A stretch of DNA of 64,000 nucleotides from NCBI GenBank assembly GCA_003731685.1, contig RCNO01000005.1:980-64979 (forward strand), read 5' to 3'. Of the stretch, positions 31,379 through 40,244 are shown piece after piece (within the stretch, counting starts at the first letter, position 1; the number at the start of each line of letters is the position of its first letter). Source of the stretch: Bacteroidetes/Chlorobi group bacterium MS-B_bin-24. Lineage in GTDB: Bacteria > Bacteroidota > Ignavibacteria > Kapaibacteriales > UBA2268. The translations under genes and the position numbers were made by a program. The notes beneath the pieces were generated by a model. It saw nothing but the letters and a program-made list of their open reading frames with translations, searched no databases and was not told the origin of the DNA.

Positions 31379-33187
31379 ATGGAAGAACTCAATTTCGAAG
31401 AATACCAAACCAAGCCCAGTCCAACACTTCAAATTGTCGTCGATAACTTATGGAACGCAATTCGGGGCTTTGTCGATAAATATCAAAGGCAAATAGAACA
31501 AAATCGCACACTTGCAAGCGAAAATGCTGAACTACAAGATGAACTTGAGAAGTTAAAAGCAAGAACCCAAGAATTAGAATTCCGCCTGCAAGAGCAAGAA
31601 CAGCAAGCGAACCAAGAAATTTTGCAGGAGTTAAGGTTCAAAATCCAAGAGTTGGAAGATGATAACATAAGACTGAAAATCCAGTGCGATGAATACAAAA
31701 GGGAAAAAGAATATTTCGAAGGCAGTATTTTCGGCACCGCGGTCGACAAGACCCGCTACGGCGAATTGGAAAAGGAAGTCGAATCTTTGCGTCAGGAATT
31801 AAGCCAGAAAGAAAACATTATCGAAGAGTTGAAAAATGAACTCGGGAGTAGAGATACTCGTATTAATGAACTTATCGCAACAATTGATTCATTGGAAAAA
31901 GAAAAAGAGAGAATTCAGGCGCTCGAAGAAAAAATCAGTGGATTGCAGAAAATTAATGCTGAACTTAATGAGCAAATTGTTCATTTGAATGAACAAGTTA
32001 ATGACTTAAGTGTTCAAAACAGCAACTTACGAAAAGAAAAGGAGGAATTGGAACTGCTCAAAGTGAATATTTCGGAGTTGGAAAGGAATCTCGAAGCTAC
32101 TGCTGTTGCAAAGATTGAAAGGGAAAGAGAAATCGAAAGGCTACTGAACGAAGTTGCCAACTTGAAGAACAAAATTGCTTTTGCCGAAGAAAAAGAGAAG
32201 TTGTTTTTTAATTCTATACGTAACTTTTTTGAACAGGAGACCTTGCCCGAAATTTTTTCAATTGATATCGAGCCAGCAACATTCGAAAACATACAAAAGG
32301 TAATCAAACAAATTGTTGATAAATCGATAGAAATTCATCGGGAAATTGTAACATATGCAGATGAGAATCGTCGATTAAAATCTGTTATCGATGATTTGGA
32401 AAAGGAACACATTCAAAAGATAAAAGAATTGGAAGAGGAAATAACTTTCCACAAGAACAGAATTGCTGGCTTGGAAAATGAATTGACACAAAAAGAGAAG
32501 GAGCGTTTTCAACTGGATAAAAAACTGAATGAATTTTTGACTACAAAAGAAGATAATATCAATGAATTAAAGGATTTGAAGATAGAAAATGAAAAATTGA
32601 GGACGAACTACGAGAAGCTCCAAAATGAATTATTGGAAAAGCAAAAGAAATTGGAAAATGTTGTCAGCCAGATAGAGATATACCGAAAATCCATAGACGA
32701 TTTGAATTCTCAGATTGAACTTTTAAATGCAGAATACGCTGAGAACAAGAAGGAAACGGAGAGATTAAACCAAGAAATTCAATCTTTAAAAGAGGAATTA
32801 AAGAAAAAGGAAGAAAGCATCAAAGAGCTTCTTCAATATAAAAACGAGTTTTATAGAGTTCAGAGCGAAGTTAATTCTATCCGACAGATTAACAAGGAAA
32901 TTAAAGAGTTGAACAAGCAAATTAACGATGAGAAAATTGAATTACAGAGAAAAGTTTTTGCCTTGAATAAAGAGAAAAATGAACTCGAGGATAAATTATT
33001 GCTTGCCACCCGCGAAAAAGAGAAGATTGAATTTCTTTACAACGAAAAGATACTTGAGTTCAAAAATTTGAACGAGGAATTTACAAAGCTAAAAATTATG
33101 TTACAGGAAAAAGAAAAAGTGAAATCCATTCTTGTGGAAAAAATTGAAACTCTGCTGGGTGAAATTGATAAAATGATTGGTAATTGA
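31379..33187 (+). CDS. long coiled-coil protein (function unknown)
   Basis: 602 aa, almost entirely E/K/L/Q/N heptad-like sequence after a ~40-aa N-terminal segment. The ATGA overlaps alr. Confidence 0.6.
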   Translation: MEELNFEEYQTKPSPTLQIVVDNLWNAIRGFVDKYQRQIEQNRTLASENAELQDELEKLKARTQELEFRLQEQEQQANQEILQELRFKIQELEDDNIRLKIQCDEYKREKEYFEGSIFGTAVDKTRYGELEKEVESLRQELSQKENIIEELKNELGSRDTRINELIATIDSLEKEKERIQALEEKISGLQKINAELNEQIVHLNEQVNDLSVQNSNLRKEKEELELLKVNISELERNLEATAVAKIEREREIERLLNEVANLKNKIAFAEEKEKLFFNSIRNFFEQETLPEIFSIDIEPATFENIQKVIKQIVDKSIEIHREIVTYADENRRLKSVIDDLEKEHIQKIKELEEEITFHKNRIAGLENELTQKEKERFQLDKKLNEFLTTKEDNINELKDLKIENEKLRTNYEKLQNELLEKQKKLENVVSQIEIYRKSIDDLNSQIELLNAEYAENKKETERLNQEIQSLKEELKKKEESIKELLQYKNEFYRVQSEVNSIRQINKEIKELNKQINDEKIELQRKVFALNKEKNELEDKLLLATREKEKIEFLYNEKILEFKNLNEEFTKLKIMLQEKEKVKSILVEKIETLLGEIDKMIGN

Positions 33188-34296
33188 TGAGAGCAACATT
33201 TGCTAAAATAAATATCGACAATCTTTACACGAATTACCAGACTTTGCGAGAAATTGTCGGGAAGGCCAAAGTTATTGGTGTTGTTAAATCGAATGCCTAT
33301 GGGCACGGGTTGATCGAAGTTTCTCGATACCTACAGGAATTTGGAATTGACTATCTTGCTGTTGCGTTTGTGAACGAGGGAATAGAATTGCGTCGGGCTG
33401 GAATAGAAGTTCCAATTTTGGTGCTTGTGCCCGAAAACGATTTATCCATCGAGGCTTCTGTTGAATACAATCTTGATTATGCTGTTGAAAATTACGAAGT
33501 TGCTAAAAAGATTTCGGATTATGCGAAAGCGAATTCGAAAAGGGCGAGGATACATTTCTATGTTGATACAGGAATGGGACGCGACGGAATGCCTTATAAA
33601 AATGCAGTTGAAATAATTAAGGAATGTATGAAATTGCCTAATCTGGATTTCGTTGGGCTGATGTCCCATTTCGCCAACTCCGAAAGTGATGGAACTTATA
33701 CAAAACATCAACTGGACATTTTCAAGAAAGTAATCAGCGACTTAAAATACGAAAGGATTGAGTTCGAGCTTGTCCATATTGCGAATACTGGTGCAATTGC
33801 AAATTTTCCAGAGTCGATATTTGATGGTGTTCGACCCGGAATTGCTCTTTATGGTTATGTAAGGAATGGGAACAGCTTCGATATGCGGTTCAAACCTGTT
33901 ATGGAGGTGCATTCCAAAGTCATTTCCCTTCGCAAAGTTTTACCGGGCGAAAGCGTTGGCTATGGGCGGGCGTTTATTGCAACTCATCCAACGACCATTG
34001 CTACCGTTCCGATCGGCTACGGAGATGGCTTGAAAAGAATACTCTCGGATGCTCTTTTTTGCTTGATTCGTGGCAGAAGATATAAAGTAGTCGGCGGAAT
34101 TTGTATGGATGAGATAATGGTTGATGTAGGTATGGATGGAATTAAATTAGGCGACGAAGTAGTTCTGCTCGGTCAACAGGAGAACGAAACAATAACTGGA
34201 TGGGAATTGGCAAACAAATCGAACACAATAGTTTACGAAATCCTTACCTCGATTTCGAATAGAGTACCAAGAATTTATGTTAGAAACAGACAGTGA
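33184..34296 (+). CDS. alr: alanine racemase
   Basis: 370 aa. The PLP-lysine motif is VVKSNAYGHG. The C-terminal domain contains SVGYGRAF and VPIGYGDG. Confidence 0.93.
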   Translation: MMRATFAKINIDNLYTNYQTLREIVGKAKVIGVVKSNAYGHGLIEVSRYLQEFGIDYLAVAFVNEGIELRRAGIEVPILVLVPENDLSIEASVEYNLDYAVENYEVAKKISDYAKANSKRARIHFYVDTGMGRDGMPYKNAVEIIKECMKLPNLDFVGLMSHFANSESDGTYTKHQLDIFKKVISDLKYERIEFELVHIANTGAIANFPESIFDGVRPGIALYGYVRNGNSFDMRFKPVMEVHSKVISLRKVLPGESVGYGRAFIATHPTTIATVPIGYGDGLKRILSDALFCLIRGRRYKVVGGICMDEIMVDVGMDGIKLGDEVVLLGQQENETITGWELANKSNTIVYEILTSISNRVPRIYVRNRQ

Positions 34297-35167
34297 AATG
34301 GAAAACACAGAAACAAAAGAGAAAAAAGAAAAAAGATACGGAACCTTGTATATAGTTTCTACTCCAATTGGGAACGATGACGATATAACAATTCGAGCAT
34401 TAAAGGTTCTAAAATCTGTGGATATTGTGGTTTGTGAAGAGCCAAAGATAGGGGCGAGAACTCTCCATAAATACAACCTTTCGCAAAAAATGGAATTGTT
34501 GAACGAACAGAATGAGCAAGTCAAAACGCCCCAACTTGTAGAGTTGCTGGAAAAGGGAAAAAGTTTGGCTTTGATATGCGATGGAGGAACGCCTGTGTTT
34601 GCCGACCCGGGCTTGCTACTTGTTCAAGCTTGTTTGAAGCGGGAAATCCCTGTGAAAGTGATTCCCGGGGTTTCGAGTTTGATGACGGCAATAGTTCGAA
34701 GCGGTTTCCCCATCGACCAGTTCCTTTATGCTGGGTTTCTGAGCCGAAAGAAAGAAGAAAGGATTTTGCAACTCCGTCGTTTAAGCACCGAAAAGCGGAC
34801 AGTTGTATTGCTCGAAACACCATATCGCCTTGTCCCGCTTTTGGAAACAGCTGCACAAATTATGCCCGAGCGGAGGGCATACATTGGCTGCAATTTGACA
34901 ATGCCTTTCGAAACACATCATTATGGAACTTTCAAAGAACTTTACGACAAGTTCAAAAACACAAAGTTCAAAGGTGAATTCGTAATTTGCTTCGATGGTT
35001 CTCCCACCTTTACAATCGAGAAGGATGAGAAAGAGGATAGCGGAAAGGACAAAAATGCAAGTTTCCAGAGGTCGGCAAAGCCATCTTTCAGCAAACAAAA
35101 ACAAAAACAAAACAGAAACAAGGAAACAAAATTCAAAGATAGGAAGGAAAAGAAAAGGAGAAGATAA
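34277..35167 (+). CDS. rsmI: 16S rRNA (cytidine1402-2'-O)-methyltransferase RsmI with a polybasic C-terminal tail
   Basis: Tetrapyrrole-methylase fold: GTLYIVSTPIGNDDDITIRALKVLKSVDIVVCE, CDGGTPVFADPG. The last ~50 aa are rich in K, R, Q and E. Confidence 0.88.
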   Translation: MLETDSEMENTETKEKKEKRYGTLYIVSTPIGNDDDITIRALKVLKSVDIVVCEEPKIGARTLHKYNLSQKMELLNEQNEQVKTPQLVELLEKGKSLALICDGGTPVFADPGLLLVQACLKREIPVKVIPGVSSLMTAIVRSGFPIDQFLYAGFLSRKKEERILQLRRLSTEKRTVVLLETPYRLVPLLETAAQIMPERRAYIGCNLTMPFETHHYGTFKELYDKFKNTKFKGEFVICFDGSPTFTIEKDEKEDSGKDKNASFQRSAKPSFSKQKQKQNRNKETKFKDRKEKKRRR

Positions 35168-35273
35168 CCGGTTGCTTTGGAATTTTGCTTGATTATTGCA
35201 GGTGAATTGTGTATTTTACTTTTTTTCTTATTTTGCAATTGTTTTTTGTAAAAAGAAACTAATTTGAGTAACA

Positions 35274-38189
35274 ATGATTGCTAATTTGAACAGATTTTTG
35301 AGCTCTTTGCTAACATTTCTTCTCTTCTTTTTTAGCGAATTAATTTGTCAAACACAAGTGGCGAGTCCTGCTGTCTGGCTTTTTCCGAATGGAACTCCAC
35401 AAGGCACGCGCTATCAGTCAATTCTGTCATATCCCCAAGATTTGAAAAATTTCATTGTAAAATGGAAAAACAATTCCATTGCTGGCGATGTTCAAATACT
35501 TGTTGGGAACATCATTAATGATGCGAAAATTGATGAAGACTTTCCTTACGCGCCAAATGAAATTGTTGCCGTTGTCGGGGGGAAAATCGTAGTGGTCGAC
35601 GGCAAAGGTTTCGCTCACAAATCCAATTCATTTGGTTTTCCATATATCAGGAACGTCTCCGTTCTTTTTGATACTCTTTCGAATACTTTTTATCCCAATC
35701 CCACTTCAAGTTTGCTGATAGGGCTGGAAACAATCGAATTCGAAAACCCCAAAGACATGCTTCTTTATACATACATTGCTGGCTACGACAGCAAAGCCGA
35801 TACCGTTGCCCTTATCAAAAGGCTAATTCTGGATATGCGGGAATACAAACCAAATGTTTATGGTTCTATCAAGCCTTTCTTTGGTCGCCGCTATGGGAAA
35901 GACTTTTTGGTTTTTGCAGCGGTAAATACAATTCGTCCCGAAGCCAAAGAAACCGACCCAGTTCGGGCTCCTTTCCTGCGAGGTCTTGCTCTTTTCCCCT
36001 CGAATAATGTCGTTTACACTTTCCCTATGCCCGACATAACAGATAATCCAAACTTTCGAGTAACGCTCGGTCCTGAAATTTCTTTTACTTCGCCATCTTT
36101 ATTCTATTCTTCTGGAAACTTTTTGTGTGCAGTGCCAAATTATCCCACACCGAATTTGAATTGCAATATTCCAAGCATTGTTTCTTTGGAACGAACGAAC
36201 ACTGCCAAATCTTACCTTTTGTCTTATACTTTTGTCAACGACCAAATTCGGCAAACTTTCCCTCCGTTGGAACTTAATTCAATTTTGGACAATAATGGCA
36301 CCAGGCAAAGAATCAAACCAATTTTTGTTACTTTGAACAATTCTTACAATTCCGATTCGGTTTACATTCTTGTTGCCGAAGAATACTCGGGGATTGACTC
36401 GTCGATGGGAATTTCCCGCCTACATCTTTTCGACAGCAAGGGCAATGCTGTAACTTTGCCGAACGATTCCCTTTCGCCTTCTTTTGTTGGGCTATCAAAT
36501 CATCACTGGTCTATTGCGGTTGGCAATGTCGACGGAAAATCCACAAACAACTTCCTGCCATATTATCCTAATAATCCCGGAAACGAAATCGTTGCAACTT
36601 ACAGCTCAAAATTCCGAATGGTTCCGGGCAATAAACTGCTTGTTCTTCGTTATCGCGAGGGCAATCCAATTCCCAAGACAAGCCCGCCGTATTCTTATCT
36701 TTTCCCATTCGATACGATTTGCACCTTCAGCATTAGTGGATGGGTCGCTGCGGTTAACGATTTGGATAAGGACACGAGCGGGAAAGATGAAATTGTGCTC
36801 GTTAATGGCTCGCAGCTACTTGTTCTTCGATTACGCGACTATAATTCTTTTGAATTTAAAATTGGGAAGCCGTTCGATACTTTATTTGCCAAAGAATTCC
36901 CTTCGGAAACGATTTTCGACGCCTTAATTGCCGATGTAGATGGCGATGCCAAAAACGATATAGTCGTTTTGACAAATAATTATTTATATCTTATTGGCAG
37001 TCCATTGCCAAAATTGATTGAGGTTCAAACTCCAAAATATTCTGATAATATTGTTCAAGAGTTTTGCTTTGGCGACACAATTGCAGTTGTGCTAAATTCC
37101 AAAATAAAAACCACAACGAACATTAATCTTAGGTTCATACCCGAGCGGAACGGCTTATTTGATTACAAGGCATCATTCTTTGTGGCAAACAACATAGCCA
37201 TTAGTTCCAAAGTTGTTCAGGTGCCAATTGTTGCCGATAATCGACTGGTGGGTAAAACAGGGTTGATTTATGTTGAAAATTCTCTTGATTCATCGGAAGT
37301 TTTCGATTCAACAGCAATAATTAGAATAAATCCACCGAGCGCCGCTGTCGATAGTTCTTACCTGCAACAATGGTTTTATTTGGACAATATTCAAATTGGT
37401 TGTTTTGCAAAGTGTATCGACACTCTTTATCTTGAATACTTAAACACAAATAATAAATGGGAACTTGTTGATAAAAGGATAAATCCAAGCCCGAGCGAAA
37501 TGTTTTTGGTTTCCCTGCCTTGTATGCAAATTTTCGATTACAACGGACAGGAAATCAATGGCAAGGTCGATTTTCGTTTTGTTTCAACAAAAGATGGATT
37601 TCGGGACACTTCATTGCCTTTTAATGTTCGAGTTAAACCACGAAACTTTTTGGTTTATTACGATTCATCGAACACTATTTGCTGCTCGAAGATATTCCGC
37701 TGGGAACGATTGACCGGATGCGATACGATTGAGATACACTTAAATCTTGGTGCCCAATATTTTAAAATTGCAGCTTTGCCTATTGAGCAAAGCCAATTTG
37801 TTTTAGAACAAAAGCGAAACTACCCCGACCTTCTGCCTTTGCGATTCATTTGCAGAAAAAATTGTTTAGCAGTCGATACTCTTATTTACATTTCTAAGCC
37901 CAGCATAATTAATACAGTTGCGCCTAATCCTTTCAACCCTAAGACTGATGTCTTGGAGATAAGTTATATCCTAACCAATGACGCAAGAGTGTCGGTCAAG
38001 ATTCTCGATGCCGCCAATAGGTTGGTCAAGGAATTAATTAGCTCCGTGCAGCGTCAGTCGAATACCTATTATTGCGAATATTGGGATGGTCGGAACTACG
38101 ACGGTTCGTTAGTCGACCCGGGACTTTATTACATTTTCCTACAACTTTCCGACGGCAATCAAGAAATTTTTCCTATATTCGTAAAATAG
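35274..38189 (+). CDS. large secreted FG-GAP/VCBS-like repeat protein with a T9SS C-terminal sorting domain
   Basis: 971 aa with a signal peptide. It has Ca-binding-like repeats (DVDGDAKNDIVV, DLDKDTSGKDEIVLVNG, VGNVDGKSTNNF). The C-terminal FlgD-Ig/Por-tail is NPFNPKTDVLEISYILTNDARVSVKILDAANRLV...YWDGRNYDGSLVDPGLYY. Confidence 0.7.
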   Translation: MIANLNRFLSSLLTFLLFFFSELICQTQVASPAVWLFPNGTPQGTRYQSILSYPQDLKNFIVKWKNNSIAGDVQILVGNIINDAKIDEDFPYAPNEIVAVVGGKIVVVDGKGFAHKSNSFGFPYIRNVSVLFDTLSNTFYPNPTSSLLIGLETIEFENPKDMLLYTYIAGYDSKADTVALIKRLILDMREYKPNVYGSIKPFFGRRYGKDFLVFAAVNTIRPEAKETDPVRAPFLRGLALFPSNNVVYTFPMPDITDNPNFRVTLGPEISFTSPSLFYSSGNFLCAVPNYPTPNLNCNIPSIVSLERTNTAKSYLLSYTFVNDQIRQTFPPLELNSILDNNGTRQRIKPIFVTLNNSYNSDSVYILVAEEYSGIDSSMGISRLHLFDSKGNAVTLPNDSLSPSFVGLSNHHWSIAVGNVDGKSTNNFLPYYPNNPGNEIVATYSSKFRMVPGNKLLVLRYREGNPIPKTSPPYSYLFPFDTICTFSISGWVAAVNDLDKDTSGKDEIVLVNGSQLLVLRLRDYNSFEFKIGKPFDTLFAKEFPSETIFDALIADVDGDAKNDIVVLTNNYLYLIGSPLPKLIEVQTPKYSDNIVQEFCFGDTIAVVLNSKIKTTTNINLRFIPERNGLFDYKASFFVANNIAISSKVVQVPIVADNRLVGKTGLIYVENSLDSSEVFDSTAIIRINPPSAAVDSSYLQQWFYLDNIQIGCFAKCIDTLYLEYLNTNNKWELVDKRINPSPSEMFLVSLPCMQIFDYNGQEINGKVDFRFVSTKDGFRDTSLPFNVRVKPRNFLVYYDSSNTICCSKIFRWERLTGCDTIEIHLNLGAQYFKIAALPIEQSQFVLEQKRNYPDLLPLRFICRKNCLAVDTLIYISKPSIINTVAPNPFNPKTDVLEISYILTNDARVSVKILDAANRLVKELISSVQRQSNTYYCEYWDGRNYDGSLVDPGLYYIFLQLSDGNQEIFPIFVK

Positions 38190-38214
38190 TTTTGTTGTTT
38201 AAAGGCTGAGGGTT

Positions 38215-38913
38215 ATGAGAATATTGGTAGTTGAGGACGAGAAGAAGCTTGCAAATTTTATTAAGCATGGATTAGAAGAGGAACGGTACATCGTCGAAAT
38301 TGCTTATAATGGGGAGCAGGGGCTCGAGATGGCGATGAATAATGAATACGATGCCATCTTGCTCGATGTTATGCTTCCCGGTCGCGATGGCTTCTCGATT
38401 CTTCAAGAGTTGCGAAAGGCTGGCATCAAGGTTCCCATAATGATGTTGACCGCTCGTGGTGCAACCGAGGACAGAGTAATGGGATTAGACCTTGGAGCCG
38501 ATGACTATTTGCCCAAACCTTTTAGTTTCGAGGAATTAGCTGCACGCTTGCGTTCTATTCTTCGTCGCTCGGCTCCAGAAAAAACAACCAAACTGCAATG
38601 CGGAGACCTGATACTCGACACTATAACCCATTTTGCCTACCGCGGTGGGAAAGAAATTGAATTGACCACGAAGGAGTACGCTTTGCTGGAATATCTTATG
38701 CGGAATAAAAATCGAATCGTCAGCCGTAGCAATATCTTGCAACACGTCTGGCGTCATTCATTCGACCCCGAGTCGAACATTATCGATGTCTACATCAAAC
38801 GGTTGCGTGAAAAAATTGAGTTCGACCCGTCGCAACCCCAACTAATTCAAAGCATTCGAGGCGTTGGATACAGAATTCGCGAAGTCGAGGAGAATAAATC
38901 AAATGAAAGCTGA
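38215..38913 (+). CDS. OmpR-family response regulator (winged-helix)
   Basis: 232 aa. The receiver domain is RILVVEDE...ILLDVMLPGRDGF...LTARG. The effector domain is LTTKEYALLEYLMRN...IDVYIKRLREKI...IQSIRGVGYRI. Confidence 0.92.
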   Translation: MRILVVEDEKKLANFIKHGLEEERYIVEIAYNGEQGLEMAMNNEYDAILLDVMLPGRDGFSILQELRKAGIKVPIMMLTARGATEDRVMGLDLGADDYLPKPFSFEELAARLRSILRRSAPEKTTKLQCGDLILDTITHFAYRGGKEIELTTKEYALLEYLMRNKNRIVSRSNILQHVWRHSFDPESNIIDVYIKRLREKIEFDPSQPQLIQSIRGVGYRIREVEENKSNES

Positions 38914-39259
38914 AAATCCCGTGTTCAATAAATTGTTGGAAGCAATTGATAGTTCACTTTCCGATGTTCAAAAGTTGTTTGATGAATATCAGAAGAATTA
39001 CTTTACCTATCGTCCGCCGGAGTTCTTTTGTTTGGAACTAAATGGCGAAGCAGGTGAACTTGCGAATCTCGAAAAGAAACTTTGGAAAGGGAAGGCAGTC
39101 GATAAATCTTCCCTTGCAGATGAAACTGCCGATGTCTTCATTGCGTTATTCAACTACGCAAATTCACGGCAAATAGATATTAAATCTGCTTTGATAAATA
39201 AATTGAGAAAAATCGAAAAAACTCGAATTGAGTTAGCCCAAAGAAACCAGAACTATTAA
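38903..39259 (+). CDS. MazG-like nucleotide pyrophosphohydrolase domain protein
   Basis: 118 aa from ATG 38903. The EEXXE-type motifs are LNGEAGELANLEKK and LADETADVFIALFNYA. It overlaps the regulator's stop codon. Confidence 0.6.
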   Translation: MKAENPVFNKLLEAIDSSLSDVQKLFDEYQKNYFTYRPPEFFCLELNGEAGELANLEKKLWKGKAVDKSSLADETADVFIALFNYANSRQIDIKSALINKLRKIEKTRIELAQRNQNY

Positions 39260-39273
39260 GCCTCAAAAACTAC

Positions 39274-40194
39274 TCACCCAGAAATAGCAAGCAACACAAT
39301 TATTAGCGTAATCGTTGGGTAAACAAATAAGATGCTGTCGAATCGGTCTAAAACGCCGCCGTGCCCCGGAAGCAAAGCTGAACTATCTTTTACATTGAAT
39401 TCCCTTTTGATTTTCGACTCCGCAAGGTCGCCAATCTGACCAATTATCCCGATGACGGAGGCAAAAAGAAATTGAAAGCCCAGCGGCAAATCGAGATTAA
39501 ACAAAATTGTTAAAACCAAAAAGCCAAGAATTGCTCCAACATAACCAGCAATAGCACCTTCCCAAGTCTTTTTGGGGCTTACTTTGGGAGCCAGTTTGTG
39601 TTTGCCGTAGGCTTTCCCGATGAAATATGCGAAACTATCGCAAATCCAAATACTTCCAAGTATTACAATAAAAAGTTTTATTGCCCAATTGTTGTCGATT
39701 GGATAATTTATTCCAAAAATTAGATGTGCTTCATTAATTTGCCCGAAATTGCGAAGGAAATGGAAGAACTCGGGCAGAAATCGAATCGTTAGCAAAGAAA
39801 GAAAAGAAATTCCAAGCCAATAAATTCCCAAAACTGTTACGGCGGTATTTTGTGTTGTATTAGCACGTTTCGACCAAACTTGAACGAATACCAAAAGGGC
39901 AGGTGTGGCTAAAAGAACCAGGCAGAAAATAATCGAAACATCCAACGGGTCAATATTTACCTTTGTTTGCAAAAGCAAATAGAACAAAGTTTGTAGCAAT
40001 GTTGAAACAATTAATCCAAAGGTTCCCGCTGGCTTCAGATTTGAACCAGAAAAAAGTGAGTAAAATTCCCATAATGCTAAATTCGAAAAGCATACAACGA
40101 CAAGGAAAAACACAAATCCGCCCAGATAAACAATTCCAACTGCAACGGGAATACCTATTGCCGCTACCAGCACCCTTTTGGTTAATTCGCTCAT
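39274..40194 (-). CDS. cdsA: phosphatidate cytidylyltransferase
   Basis: 306 aa polytopic membrane protein. The CTP-transferase-1 signature is SKIKREFNVKDSSALLPGHGGVLDRFDS. Confidence 0.9.
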   Translation of the reverse strand: MSELTKRVLVAAIGIPVAVGIVYLGGFVFFLVVVCFSNLALWEFYSLFSGSNLKPAGTFGLIVSTLLQTLFYLLLQTKVNIDPLDVSIIFCLVLLATPALLVFVQVWSKRANTTQNTAVTVLGIYWLGISFLSLLTIRFLPEFFHFLRNFGQINEAHLIFGINYPIDNNWAIKLFIVILGSIWICDSFAYFIGKAYGKHKLAPKVSPKKTWEGAIAGYVGAILGFLVLTILFNLDLPLGFQFLFASVIGIIGQIGDLAESKIKREFNVKDSSALLPGHGGVLDRFDSILFVYPTITLIIVLLAISG

Positions 40195-40244
40195 ATTTCT
40201 AAAATTTATCTTTTAACAAAAAATAGAATTCAGTTGCTTTACAA

